A stretch of 64,000 bases of DNA from a virus (lineage: Duplodnaviria > Caudoviricetes). Both the position numbers and the translations under genes were made by a program. Positions 8,393-18,373 of this stretch are shown one piece after another; within the stretch, counting starts at the first letter, position 1; each line of letters begins with the position of its first letter. Under the pieces are notes generated by a model. It saw nothing but the letters and a program-made list of their open reading frames with translations, was not told where the DNA came from and made no database searches. The stretch covers positions 1-64,000 of IMG/VR virus record IMGVR_UViG_3300033463_000010. The stretch is one strand, 5' to 3'.

Positions 8393-10195
8393 ATGGCTGA
8401 AAATGGACTTGCGGGATTAAGCACCGCAGACTTGTATAAGGCTGCTGCGATAGCCGAAGGCTACGAATCCGTCCCTGTTGACATTGAAACGTTCATTAAC
8501 GACCCGTTCTACATTGGCGAAATCTACGGTGAGGGTCGTGTCTATCCCTATTGGTTGGACAAGCTGAAAAAGCTGTTCCCGAACCCGCTTTACAGCCCGT
8601 TCATTGAAGTTTGCATTACGGGGTGTATCGGTGCGGGTAAGTCCACGGTGTCCATTATCGGGGTCCTTTATGACCTGTATAGGGTGACGCTGCTGAAAGA
8701 CCCGCACAAGAAATTCAAGCTAATCCCGACCACGCCTATCGTGATTACGCTCATTACCGCAACTATGGACCTGGCGGGTGCCGTTCTTGCGGACCAACTT
8801 ATAGACGTTATTGGCTGTTCCCCGTATTTCCGTTCAAAGCTGCTTCCAGGCAAGGGCGACAAGATAGACGAAGAAATGTTTCCCCACCACGTAGGTATCG
8901 CCTACGGTTCCCGTATGCGTCACTCTTTGGGCAAGGCTGTCATTGGGGCTATCATTGACGAAGCGAACTTCCAAAACGCAGTAGCGGACCAGGCGGTGCA
9001 GAACTACAACAGCATCCGTCGTCGTATGTTTTCCCGTTTTATGACTAAAGGCGGTGAAGTGCCCTGCCGTATGTGGGTCGTGTCGTCCCGAAACGAAAGC
9101 ACGTCGTTCCTTGAAAGCCATATTGATGCAGAACGCAACAACCCGAAAGTCGCTATCTTTGAGCCTGCCATTTGGGAAGTCCAGGCACACAAGGGCATTT
9201 ACAGCGGGGCGACCTTCCCCGTCTTTATCGGTTCCGACATTGAGCAGCCGAAAGTCATTACAAGCGACGCAGAACTTGACGACTACCAGGGTCGTGTTAT
9301 CCAGGTCCCCGTTGAATACCGAAAGGACTTTGAGAACAATTTGCCTGGTGCCTTGCAGGATTTGGCGGGCGTGGCTACCCGTAACGGTGTGAACCTAATC
9401 TACAACGTGGAAGCCCTGGATAGGTCAATGTGCCTGGAAAACTGTATGACTACGGACGAACTGCACCTTACCTTGAACGACAACGACCAAATCGCTGACT
9501 TTTACAAGGGGAACTTGCCGAAAGGCAAGTATTACGTCCATTTGGACGGTGGCTTGCGTAGCGACCGTTTCGGCTTTGCTATGAGCCGTGTCACGGAGCA
9601 GATAACGGTCACGACCACTTCTGCTGTTAGCGGTGTGGAAGTGAGCAAGATTAGCCCCGCAGTTGAAACCCCGCTTGTGTTCGGTATAAAGGCGTTGCCA
9701 GGGTCCGAAGTCCCGTTTTGGAAGGTCCGTGTGTTCCTGGTTTACCTGCGTAGCCAGGGCGTGAACATAGCCTTGATTACGTGCGACGGCTACCAATCTG
9801 CCGATATGATGCAGCTACTCACGAAGTTGGGATTTAACGTGAAATACGCTTCTGTGGATAAGACCAAAGACCCGTATTTGAAGTTGAGCAGCAACATTCT
9901 TTTGAGTTTGATTAAAATGGCGAAGTCCCGTATTTTGAGGACCGAACTAATTAACCTGCAAAACCTCCCGAAGAAGATAGACCACCCTGCTACAATCGTC
10001 GTGGACGGGAAGCAGGTTGCGGGTGGCAAGGATATTGCGGACGCTGTGGCTTCTAGTTCCTACGAAGCTATCTGTGCTTCTATGACCCTGGGTGCGTCGT
10101 CGCTGCTCCAAATGCAGCAGTCAAAGCCTACACAAATGACTATGCACCAACGCCAGGAATACGTTATGGAGCATTTCTTCAAAATGAAAAGGTAG
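8393..10195 (+). CDS. terL: Terminase large subunit
   Basis: Walker A GCIGAGKS, Walker B AIIDEAN, nuclease motifs VHLDGG, CDGYQS and KDIADAV. Confidence 0.9.
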   Translation: MAENGLAGLSTADLYKAAAIAEGYESVPVDIETFINDPFYIGEIYGEGRVYPYWLDKLKKLFPNPLYSPFIEVCITGCIGAGKSTVSIIGVLYDLYRVTLLKDPHKKFKLIPTTPIVITLITATMDLAGAVLADQLIDVIGCSPYFRSKLLPGKGDKIDEEMFPHHVGIAYGSRMRHSLGKAVIGAIIDEANFQNAVADQAVQNYNSIRRRMFSRFMTKGGEVPCRMWVVSSRNESTSFLESHIDAERNNPKVAIFEPAIWEVQAHKGIYSGATFPVFIGSDIEQPKVITSDAELDDYQGRVIQVPVEYRKDFENNLPGALQDLAGVATRNGVNLIYNVEALDRSMCLENCMTTDELHLTLNDNDQIADFYKGNLPKGKYYVHLDGGLRSDRFGFAMSRVTEQITVTTTSAVSGVEVSKISPAVETPLVFGIKALPGSEVPFWKVRVFLVYLRSQGVNIALITCDGYQSADMMQLLTKLGFNVKYASVDKTKDPYLKLSSNILLSLIKMAKSRILRTELINLQNLPKKIDHPATIVVDGKQVAGGKDIADAVASSSYEAICASMTLGASSLLQMQQSKPTQMTMHQRQEYVMEHFFKMKR

Positions 10196-10216
10196 CTATC
10201 GGTCTATATTACAAGT

Positions 10217-11158
10217 ATGAATGTTTGCGATTTAGATATTGAACTTTGGAAGTTTAGGGACATTTACTTTGACGAGGGACCCCACGTCTATACTGACTCT
10301 TTGGGGACCAAATACACGTCCGTCACCACGTTCGTGCAGCAGTGCGGTGAACACCTGGAACTTGAAAAATATGTGGGCGAGTTCTCACTGCAAAGCGGTG
10401 TCCCGAAGGACGACCTGTTTTCTATCTTTGACGGCAGCTTCAAGGATTTGTCGCTTCCCGTAATTTACGAAATGCTTACGTGCGACAGGGCTGACGTTCC
10501 CGAAGACTTGCTGAAGGCTTTGGTTGCCCGTGACAAGTATAAGTTCTGCGACATTTTGAAATGGCGTGAAATCGCACAGAACTACGCCACGAAGCACAAT
10601 ATGGACGTTGCCGACGTGCAGGCTATGTGGGACAAGAACAAGAACGAGGCTGCGTCTATGGGCACCCAGGTTCACGCCTATATGGAAAACCTGTGGCGAC
10701 GTAAGCATTACGAACCCGAAGTCCCCGTGGGTGACTACGAAACCGTCCGAAAGAACGGGTTGGAAGCCTACAAGTATCTGTGCCGTCGGTTCGTCCCTAT
10801 CCGTAACGAATTTATTGTCTATAAGCCCAAATGGGCTTTGTGCGGGACGATTGACTTCCTGTGTTGGGACCGTGCCGACGACTGCATAGCCATTTTGGAT
10901 TGGAAGACAAACAAGACAATTGACAGGGAAAACCAATATCGCAGGTGCGTGGGTCCGCTTGACGGATTGCCCGACTGCAACTTCACGCACTATTCTGCTC
11001 AATTAAGCACCTACAAGCTGCTCATAGAGAGAATGACAAATTTGCGTGTTGAAGAATTGGCGTTGGTCCACTTGAAGCGTGACGGTTGGGAGTTCATACC
11101 CTGTATGGACTTGAGCGTTGAAATAGGTGCTTATTTGGGCAATAGAAACAAGGGGTAA
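10217..11158 (+). CDS. PD-(D/E)XK exonuclease
   Basis: GTQVHAYME, GTIDFL, ILDWKT and YSAQLSTY motifs. Confidence 0.85.
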   Translation: MNVCDLDIELWKFRDIYFDEGPHVYTDSLGTKYTSVTTFVQQCGEHLELEKYVGEFSLQSGVPKDDLFSIFDGSFKDLSLPVIYEMLTCDRADVPEDLLKALVARDKYKFCDILKWREIAQNYATKHNMDVADVQAMWDKNKNEAASMGTQVHAYMENLWRRKHYEPEVPVGDYETVRKNGLEAYKYLCRRFVPIRNEFIVYKPKWALCGTIDFLCWDRADDCIAILDWKTNKTIDRENQYRRCVGPLDGLPDCNFTHYSAQLSTYKLLIERMTNLRVEELALVHLKRDGWEFIPCMDLSVEIGAYLGNRNKG

Positions 11159-11163
11159 AGATT

Positions 11164-11568
11164 ATGGCAGTTTCAGCCGAAGTAATGAAAGAAGTAATGC
11201 AGGAAGCAGCCGACTACTGCGGTGTTGAAATCGGGGACTTGTCGGACGGCTTCCATACGTTCAACAGCCTTTACAGGCAGCGTTGCGTCCTGTTCGCCAC
11301 GCTTGTAAACCTGTTCCCCGAACATTCCTGGAAATCCAGGAAGCACGAAGACGGCAAGCCGTGTTTCGGGGGCGGTTGGTTCATTGTCTGCATAGACACG
11401 CCCGACGGTCCGTATTCGTATCACTACGAAGACAAAGATTGGGATATGTTCAAGTGCAGGTCCCTGGAACGTGCGAAGCACTTTGACGGGCACACTGACA
11501 AGGACGTTGGCAGGCTCTTGTCGCTTGCTATGCAGACGTTTGCCAAGCATACCCAAAATCTTGCCTAA
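11164..11568 (+). CDS. Conserved phage protein (WDGH-like domain)
   Basis: SDGFHTFNSLY..SWKSRKHEDG..SYHY..FDGHT. Confidence 0.7.
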   Translation: MAVSAEVMKEVMQEAADYCGVEIGDLSDGFHTFNSLYRQRCVLFATLVNLFPEHSWKSRKHEDGKPCFGGGWFIVCIDTPDGPYSYHYEDKDWDMFKCRSLERAKHFDGHTDKDVGRLLSLAMQTFAKHTQNLA

Positions 11569-11578
11569 AATGGCGTAT

Positions 11579-11615
11579 ATCCGTAAGCCGTGCGTTTTGC
11601 CGTTTACGGATTTTT
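11579..11615 (+). terminator. Intrinsic terminator
   Basis: atccgtaa...ttacggat followed by a T run. Confidence 0.55.
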
Positions 11616-11630
11616 ATTTATATTTAGGCT

Positions 11631-12878
11631 ATGGCAACAAAGCGTGATAGGGTAAATCGTGTAAAGGGCTTGGTCTATCTACCGATAGACGGTTCCCGCC
11701 TGGTTAAAGGCGAGCGGGTCACTTTGACGCACGTCCAGGAAGCTGACATTTTCCCCGACGTGATTAAGGACCCTATGGAAATGAGGGAGCCGATAAATGG
11801 CGACGCTGTTGGCGACGCTATCTTTGACGCTATGCTTGATGGCTATTCGGATGATTATTTGGTTTGTGACGCTATGGCTTCTTTTGGAACAGGTAGCATC
11901 GTTCTGCATAAAATTTTGCAGGGTACAGGGTTTGACCCCAATATGCAGTTTAACGTGAGGGTTTCTTTGGGTGGTTCTACCCCTGTTTTATATACTATGA
12001 AAGCGGGTCAAGCGATTATTTTGGAAGATATACGTGACGGTACACCTTATGAAGTTACAGAAGAAATTACTGCGGAACAGTTAGCTGATGGGTACTCTTT
12101 ACAGTCTATTGACCCCGCTCAAGGTGTTGTGAATTATTTGAAAAAAATTGATGTGAGTATAATTAACAAATATGAACGTCCGCAGTTTTATGGAAGTTTA
12201 TTTGTTTCTTTGATTATTACGGGCAATGGGTTTGATGAAGACAAGGTGTTTAAGGTTACTGTACAGTTCAGTGAACCCGTGAATTATTCAGTGGATGGCA
12301 GTGAGCCTATTGCTAGGGCTTCACGTATTTATGTTGCAAGGCTTAAACACGGTCAGTCTGTATTACTTGGGCATATTCTTGTTGGTGCAACTTATAACGT
12401 AGTAGCAGTTCCGTTATCACCACAAGATATTGAAAGTGGCTATGAGTATTCCTCTGTGACGGGAGGTTCGGGTTCCATAGTGCGAGATGCTACGGCTACG
12501 TCTATTGTAAATTACACTTATTACGGAGATACGGGTAGCCTTGTTGTTACCGCCTTGGTGGATAATCCCGAAGACGGGAAACTGTTGCATATAGCTATTA
12601 CGTTTAGCCGTGTAGTAAACTATTCCGTTAATGGTGGTTCGCCCTTACGTGATGGTTCATCAGTATATGTAGCTACATTGGCACATAATGAAAGTGTTGT
12701 GCTTTCCAATATACCTAACGGGGTTTCTTATGCGGTCACACCGTCTATTACTGCAACTGAATTGACAGATGGGTATTCACCCGATACGTCCGATGGCACT
12801 TATCCGAGAAGTGGCACGATATTTTCTAGGAATAGCCCCGAACAGGTTGTAGTCAAGTTTGCGAAAACAAATGAATAA
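11631..12878 (+). CDS. Virion protein with three Ig/CnaB-like repeats
   Basis: Three repeats of GS[IL]..[FL]..V.F..L.H.[QE]SV.L..I..G..Y.V. Confidence 0.65.
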   Translation: MATKRDRVNRVKGLVYLPIDGSRLVKGERVTLTHVQEADIFPDVIKDPMEMREPINGDAVGDAIFDAMLDGYSDDYLVCDAMASFGTGSIVLHKILQGTGFDPNMQFNVRVSLGGSTPVLYTMKAGQAIILEDIRDGTPYEVTEEITAEQLADGYSLQSIDPAQGVVNYLKKIDVSIINKYERPQFYGSLFVSLIITGNGFDEDKVFKVTVQFSEPVNYSVDGSEPIARASRIYVARLKHGQSVLLGHILVGATYNVVAVPLSPQDIESGYEYSSVTGGSGSIVRDATATSIVNYTYYGDTGSLVVTALVDNPEDGKLLHIAITFSRVVNYSVNGGSPLRDGSSVYVATLAHNESVVLSNIPNGVSYAVTPSITATELTDGYSPDTSDGTYPRSGTIFSRNSPEQVVVKFAKTNE

Positions 12879-12893
12879 TGTTATATTGTAGAT

Positions 12894-13433
12894 ATGAGTT
12901 TTAGTGGGATAGACATAGTTCACGAATATAGCATAGACGGGTCTAATTACATAGACCACGGCTTTGTTGTATTAAAGGATTCTAGTGGCACTACCCGTGT
13001 TCCGTTGAACGACTTGCAAGGGTTCAAGGGTGTAAAGACTGTTGAAGAATTGGAATACTTGGCAGGTATGTCTGTAAATGACGTGTATGCTGTATCGGAT
13101 AGTGGCACGTTGGTAAACCCCGATGGCACGGCTTTGGTAATAGTCAAAGGCGACTTGGTTCAATATGACGGCACTAAATGGGTGTTGATGATTCGTCTAA
13201 CGAACTATGTGTCGTTTGAAAAGTTCAAGGACACCGTTGAAATGCTAACCGCTGCCATTGCTAGTGCCTTTGCAGCGGAACACGCCTATACCCGTGAGCA
13301 TATAGAAGAAACTTGGGAAAGTGGAAACCCTCATAATATCAATGCTATTATAGCCGATGGGTTGCGGATGGGTCCTGGGGGTGAGCATACATTGAAGTTT
13401 TACAGGTCTAGTCAGCCCTATCCCGATGAATAA
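12894..13433 (+). CDS. Tail-associated protein
   Basis: FKG..GDLVQYDGTKW motif seen in tail-fibre domains. Confidence 0.55.
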   Translation: MSFSGIDIVHEYSIDGSNYIDHGFVVLKDSSGTTRVPLNDLQGFKGVKTVEELEYLAGMSVNDVYAVSDSGTLVNPDGTALVIVKGDLVQYDGTKWVLMIRLTNYVSFEKFKDTVEMLTAAIASAFAAEHAYTREHIEETWESGNPHNINAIIADGLRMGPGGEHTLKFYRSSQPYPDE

Positions 13434-13453
13434 GTTTAGAATGGAGGTGCATT

Positions 13454-15121
13454 ATGCCCGAAGGACAAGAATTACAGCAGGTGGCACAGATAGCCGATTA
13501 CATTTTGTCGCTTATTCGTGACGATAGTGGTAATCGTTGGCTTATCTTTTCAAAGGGTCTTGAAACCCAAGTAACCGTAGGTCTTAATGGCGATGTTACG
13601 GGTTCTGTCACTACGGACTTTTCGCAGGGGACTGCGGGTCATAGTGGCAATAACCAAATTACTACTACAATCGGAAATAAGAAGGTCACGCATTCCAAGA
13701 TTGATGACAGTGCTGTAGAAAATAATAATATAGCCGACCAAACTATTGAACTTAGTAAGATTGCGTTAAGTGCTTTTGGTAATTCGGACCCCGCTACTGA
13801 TAACGATGGGCATATTACTACACACGCACAACTTGTAAGTTATGTATCAAGCATTCTTCGGGGTTATGGTCAAAACTATGGCGTTTTGAGTGTCGCTGAC
13901 ATTAACGCTATGACTTTGGATAACTTAAACAATGGCGACTTGTGTATTGTAGGGGGTATTGACGAGCAGCACCCCGCCAACGTCATTACATTAGGTAATT
14001 TGACAGTCCGTAATGGCGAAAATTTGATTTTCCATAAGACGGGAACAGGGGCATCAACTACGGGAGTATGGCAGTCTATTGACGGTGAGTTCAAGTTGAT
14101 ACAGACTGCTGTAAGTGACCCCGTATCTAGTGGTAGCGGTATAGATTTTATTGCTACTATATCACAGAACACCAATGGCGAGATTACAGTTACAAAGAAA
14201 TCCGTCCGTATCGCTAATGGGTCGCAGTCGGGCGTGGTTACACTTTCCGATTCGCATACAAGTACGTCGGGGGTGAACGACGGTGCTGCTGCTACGCCAA
14301 AGTCTGTCAAGGACACCTATGATTTCGCTGCAACCAAGGCGACAAAGGTGGCTAACGCAACGGAAAACAATCTTGTAGCGTTGGACGCTAATGGTGACTT
14401 GAAGGATAGCGGTAAGAAGGCTAGTGATTTTGCCACGTCAGCCCAAGGCAGTAAAGCAGATTCGGCAATTCAAGGCGTTAAGGTAAACAACACTGAACTG
14501 ACCAAGGATAGTGCTAACAAGGTAAACATTCCTCTTGCAGTAGCCCCTAACCAATCGCAGTCCGTTGCGGGTAATGATGGTGCTATGTCCAAAGAGGACA
14601 AGGCTCTTGTAGATACAATACCCGACAAGGCAAACAAGGTAGATAATGCAACAGAAAATAACTTTGCAGCCTTGGACGCTAATGGCGACTTGAAAGACAG
14701 CGGAAAGAAAGCAGGCGATTTTGCTGATGTACACCACAGCCACGGCAACATAAACGAGCAGGGTCAGATACTTTCTACGGGTGCAGCAGCCATTTCAAAT
14801 GGTTGTGCTATTGTATATACCGACCAAACTAATCTTATAAAAAAATCTACGGACACGTTTGACGGAAGTTCGGACTATAAGGCTCTTACTCAAAAGGGAA
14901 CGTTTGTAGAAATTGTAAAGGATGTCAAGTTAGGTTCCGCACAAGCGACACCGCTTACGAAAACGAATGGCACTGTTGTTATCCCTATGGCAGCACCTAC
15001 GGGGACGGGTGAAACTAGCGGTTTGATGTCCGCAGCGGATAAGGCTAAACTTGATGGTATTGAAACAGATTCTATAACCGCAACCGACGTTGCCGATATG
15101 TGGGCAGCATTGACCGCCTAA
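13454..15121 (+). CDS. Tail fibre protein
   Basis: GVVTLSD..AATPKSVK repeat, duplicated LDANGDLKDSGKK, GLMSAADKAKLDGI. Confidence 0.85.
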   Translation: MPEGQELQQVAQIADYILSLIRDDSGNRWLIFSKGLETQVTVGLNGDVTGSVTTDFSQGTAGHSGNNQITTTIGNKKVTHSKIDDSAVENNNIADQTIELSKIALSAFGNSDPATDNDGHITTHAQLVSYVSSILRGYGQNYGVLSVADINAMTLDNLNNGDLCIVGGIDEQHPANVITLGNLTVRNGENLIFHKTGTGASTTGVWQSIDGEFKLIQTAVSDPVSSGSGIDFIATISQNTNGEITVTKKSVRIANGSQSGVVTLSDSHTSTSGVNDGAAATPKSVKDTYDFAATKATKVANATENNLVALDANGDLKDSGKKASDFATSAQGSKADSAIQGVKVNNTELTKDSANKVNIPLAVAPNQSQSVAGNDGAMSKEDKALVDTIPDKANKVDNATENNFAALDANGDLKDSGKKAGDFADVHHSHGNINEQGQILSTGAAAISNGCAIVYTDQTNLIKKSTDTFDGSSDYKALTQKGTFVEIVKDVKLGSAQATPLTKTNGTVVIPMAAPTGTGETSGLMSAADKAKLDGIETDSITATDVADMWAALTA

Positions 15122-15135
15122 AGGAGTTAAAAATT

Positions 15136-16467
15136 ATGGCACAGAAGTTTGTAAATCTTTATGAAACGGAAGCAGCCTATACTGCGGACGCATCTAACAG
15201 ACCAAGCACATCATCGGTATCTTATGCCATTGACCAAAACAAGGTTCATTATGATGGTGTGAACATTATTACTACCGCAAGTCCAAAGGTGGGCGATGCT
15301 GTATATGGTGATACTGCTACGGGCAAGGCTATATTCTATGATGGTGCTACATTGCAGACGCAGGCTAGTGGTGCTGACGCAGGAACACCCGTGGGAACTA
15401 CGGGGTTGAAGAAGATTGGCTTTGTTGTGGGTCGTAAGGGTAGAAAGGTTCTTATTCATTGGTGGGAAAGTGACCATCAAGAAAAGTTTGCTGCTGTATG
15501 GCAATGGGAAGTCACTTTAACAACGTATGCAAATCAAACTTGTGTATTAAAACAATACGATGGTTCTGCTATGACAGAAGTATTCCGTTTTACTACAAGT
15601 TCTTCTATAACAACTTTGGACGCATTCGTATCAGAATTGAATACACAATTACGTTCTACGGGTCACGACCCTAATGGGTATAATTGGCATTGCGATAAGG
15701 GGGAGAATTATAATGGTGATACTGTTGCATTGATTACTTGTGATAATAATAGCCCATATCAACGTTATCAAAGTCCTATGTTTGCATCGGACGGAACGAC
15801 TGCGGTATGTTCTTTGACTATGTGTAATTATTTACCTGTATTTAGTAAATTGACCCGTAAGGATGGCAGGTCTTTTGATAACTACGTTGTTATGAATGTT
15901 GATAGGTATATTGCTAATAATTCTAACATAGATTCTATTGGAAACTTGGCATCGTTTACTGCTGACGCAGATTTGGTTGCTAAATATGGTTCGGGTGAAG
16001 CGGGGTTCCGTGCTTATTTGAATGACCAAATGGCTATGATTCCGTGTTCAACTAATGGTTATCCTGTTTGCTACGGAAAATCAAGAGAATGGAGTAAGTG
16101 GTTGGCAGGTAGGGCATATACCAAGTTGGGAGAGTCTTCTACGTCAAAACAGTTTAGTGCTGCTGCTTGGTGTGACTCTGTTGGCATAAGCGGTATATCA
16201 CAGTTGCAGCCTGGAGATTTCTATATGGCAGGTTTTGAAGAAGCTCTGTCATTTATGGGGAATATGGTTTATCCTAATGATATTTTAGATAAGACTACTG
16301 CCAAAATGGGCACTGTCGCGTCCTTGTTGGCTGCTGGCCGTTGGTTATGTGCTAGGCGTTTTACTAGTAGCGCTTGGCTTTTCAACCGTACGGGTGTTTC
16401 CGACGGCGCCTACTTCATTAATACGGCTAGGGTGTCCGCTGTGGCGCTCTTTGATTTGGACGCTTAA
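15136..16467 (+). CDS. DGR target; probable receptor-binding protein with C-terminal CLec-like variable domain
   Basis: Contains the VR at its 3' end; follows the tail fibre gene; AAGGAG RBS. Confidence 0.9.
   Translation: MAQKFVNLYETEAAYTADASNRPSTSSVSYAIDQNKVHYDGVNIITTASPKVGDAVYGDTATGKAIFYDGATLQTQASGADAGTPVGTTGLKKIGFVVGRKGRKVLIHWWESDHQEKFAAVWQWEVTLTTYANQTCVLKQYDGSAMTEVFRFTTSSSITTLDAFVSELNTQLRSTGHDPNGYNWHCDKGENYNGDTVALITCDNNSPYQRYQSPMFASDGTTAVCSLTMCNYLPVFSKLTRKDGRSFDNYVVMNVDRYIANNSNIDSIGNLASFTADADLVAKYGSGEAGFRAYLNDQMAMIPCSTNGYPVCYGKSREWSKWLAGRAYTKLGESSTSKQFSAAAWCDSVGISGISQLQPGDFYMAGFEEALSFMGNMVYPNDILDKTTAKMGTVASLLAAGRWLCARRFTSSAWLFNRTGVSDGAYFINTARVSAVALFDLDA
16318..16452 (+). repeat. DGR variable repeat (VR)
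   Basis: 135-bp ungapped match to the TR; 25 mismatches, all at TR adenines. Confidence 0.97.
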
Positions 16468-16494
16468 AAATTTTTGGCTTCTTAAACTCTTAAA

Positions 16495-16526
16495 GGTGTT
16501 TCGGTGCTTTTCTGCGCCGAAACACC
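16495..16526 (+). promoter_or_regulatory. DGR cis-acting hairpin downstream of VR/IMH
   Basis: ggtgtttcggtgc-ttttct-gcgccgaaacacc 13-bp stem. Confidence 0.8.
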
Positions 16527-16538
16527 GTCCTTAAAGCT

Positions 16539-16943
16539 ATGGCTAATACAAACAACCTATTGTCGTCTAGTATTTATATAGATTGTATGCAGTTATTGTC
16601 TGTAACTAATGAGCTAATCTGTGGTTTTCCTAATTGGCAGAAAGACTGTTTAGGTTCTAGGTTGTTTGGAACATTGACAGACGTAGTTTCGTTATATTCG
16701 GATGCCTACCAAGATAGAAAGTGTAGATTACAGAAATTAGAATCTTGCATACAGTTATTTGGTAGATACGTTGTTTTTATTCGTTGTGGTATAGAAATAA
16801 AGTTAATCAATGAAAAGATGATGGCACGTTTGTTTTTACTTATAGATAAGGTAAATACAGGATTGGGCAAGTATAGGGGGTTCTCTCAAAAGTGCGAGCA
16901 AATAAACGACTCTTCAAACAATGGGGTCGGTGCTGCTGTTTAA
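16539..16943 (+). CDS. avd: DGR accessory variability determinant (four-helix bundle)
   Basis: 134 aa between target and TR; IY..C..L..FP..K..LG..L pattern. Confidence 0.85.
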   Translation: MANTNNLLSSSIYIDCMQLLSVTNELICGFPNWQKDCLGSRLFGTLTDVVSLYSDAYQDRKCRLQKLESCIQLFGRYVVFIRCGIEIKLINEKMMARLFLLIDKVNTGLGKYRGFSQKCEQINDSSNNGVGAAV

Positions 16944-16995
16944 GAGGAGGCTTCGGTATCATTTATACCATTATCGTCAGTAAGCCTTGTCACTA

Positions 16996-17130
16996 GCATC
17001 CTTGTTGGCTAATAACCGTTGGTTATGTGCTAGGCGTAATACTAATAACGCTTGGAATTTCAACAATACGGGTGTTTCCAACAACAACAACTTCAATAAT
17101 ACGAATAGGGTGTCCGCTGTGGCGAACTTA
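16996..17130 (+). repeat. DGR template repeat (TR)
   Basis: AAC/AAT-rich copy of the VR between avd and RT. Confidence 0.97.
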
Positions 17131-17158
17131 AAGGTACACGATTGGGAGAACCTTTCTT

Positions 17159-18373
17159 TTGGTTGAGTTTGAGGATATAATACACGCATATTTGCAGGCA
17201 CGTAAGAATAAAAGGCGTTCGCACGATTCCGTAGTGTTTGAGTTGAATCAAGAACAGAATTTAGTCCGATTATGGAAGTCTGTAAATAATAGGACATTAG
17301 ATACCACTGATAATTATACTTTCGTTGCAAAGGAACCTCATATCCGAGAGATATTTGCTACGGCTATGTCTGTTAGAGTTATACATCATTACTTGGAATG
17401 GCGGTTGCGTCCTATATATGAAAAGTTGTTGCCTAGAAATTCGTTCAATAACAGAAAGAATATGGGGTTGCATAAGGCAATAGCAAAGGTTCGTAAGGAT
17501 ATTAGATGGTTGTCGGATAATTACGACCCTTCGTCTGATACGTGGATAATTCATTTGGATTTTAAGGGGTTCTTTCCTAATGCTGACGTAGAGGTTGCGT
17601 TGAAGCAGCAATTAGACATAATAGATACTTATTATTTTGGGTATGATAAGAATGACTTGAAATATATGATGTCTGCTGTAATGCGTTCGGACCCCGCAAG
17701 GCATTGTCGCAGGTTGGGTTCTATTAGGGATTGGGATATTATACCTAATGGAAAATCTTTGTTTGACAAGCCCGTTGGTATAGGCGGTGCCATTGGGTTC
17801 TTATGTTGGCAGAATGCTATGGGTATATATGCAAGCAATGTTATTAAATGGTTGTCTAGCGTAAGGTTCCATAGGGTAACAGTGTTTGTTGACGATGTTT
17901 ATATAGTGACTACGGATAAGCAGGCTACTTTGGCTATGCTTCCGATATTGCGGGAACGGTTGCAGGATATACACGTGAAATTGAACGAGGATAAGTTTTA
18001 TTGCCAACATTACACAAAGGGCGTGATGTGCTTGGGTGTTATGTGTAAATATAGCCGTACTTATTGCCGTAAAAATTTGTTAAAGCGAGCATTGAAGCGT
18101 GTGGCGTATTGGAAGGGTCAAGTGAGTTCTATGGTATCGTATGACAGGTTGCTTTGTTCCGTAAATACCTATGCCTGCATATTTAGGGACAATAATAATT
18201 ATAAAGAACGTATATTGTTCAAGAACGCAGTTATATCTAATTTTGGGGATTATTTGGAGTGGAACGTCAAGAAGACTTGCTTTGCCCTGCAAAATAAATT
18301 TATATTTAAGGAAAGAATGCTTAAATTTTTCGGTAAGCCCGAAGGGAGTAAAAACTTATGCCTAAAACCATAG
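17159..18373 (+). CDS. DGR reverse transcriptase
   Basis: AYLQARKNKR N-terminus, REIFA, LDFKGFF, AIGFLCWQ, FVDD. Confidence 0.95.
   Translation: MVEFEDIIHAYLQARKNKRRSHDSVVFELNQEQNLVRLWKSVNNRTLDTTDNYTFVAKEPHIREIFATAMSVRVIHHYLEWRLRPIYEKLLPRNSFNNRKNMGLHKAIAKVRKDIRWLSDNYDPSSDTWIIHLDFKGFFPNADVEVALKQQLDIIDTYYFGYDKNDLKYMMSAVMRSDPARHCRRLGSIRDWDIIPNGKSLFDKPVGIGGAIGFLCWQNAMGIYASNVIKWLSSVRFHRVTVFVDDVYIVTTDKQATLAMLPILRERLQDIHVKLNEDKFYCQHYTKGVMCLGVMCKYSRTYCRKNLLKRALKRVAYWKGQVSSMVSYDRLLCSVNTYACIFRDNNNYKERILFKNAVISNFGDYLEWNVKKTCFALQNKFIFKERMLKFFGKPEGSKNLCLKP

Larger units (their letters stand above)
15136..18373 (+). mobile_element. Complete diversity-generating retroelement
   Basis: Order target(VR)-hairpin-avd-TR-RT; avd/RT visibly more AT-rich than core genes. 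Confidence 0.95.

Noticed and set aside
14341-14725. Duplicated LDANGDLKDSGKK segment as a second TR/VR pair
   Set aside because: Ordinary tail-fibre repeat; differences are not adenine-specific
17159-18373. Group II intron or retron RT
   Set aside because: The TR/VR pair and avd identify it as a DGR; no maturase/endonuclease extension or msr-msd
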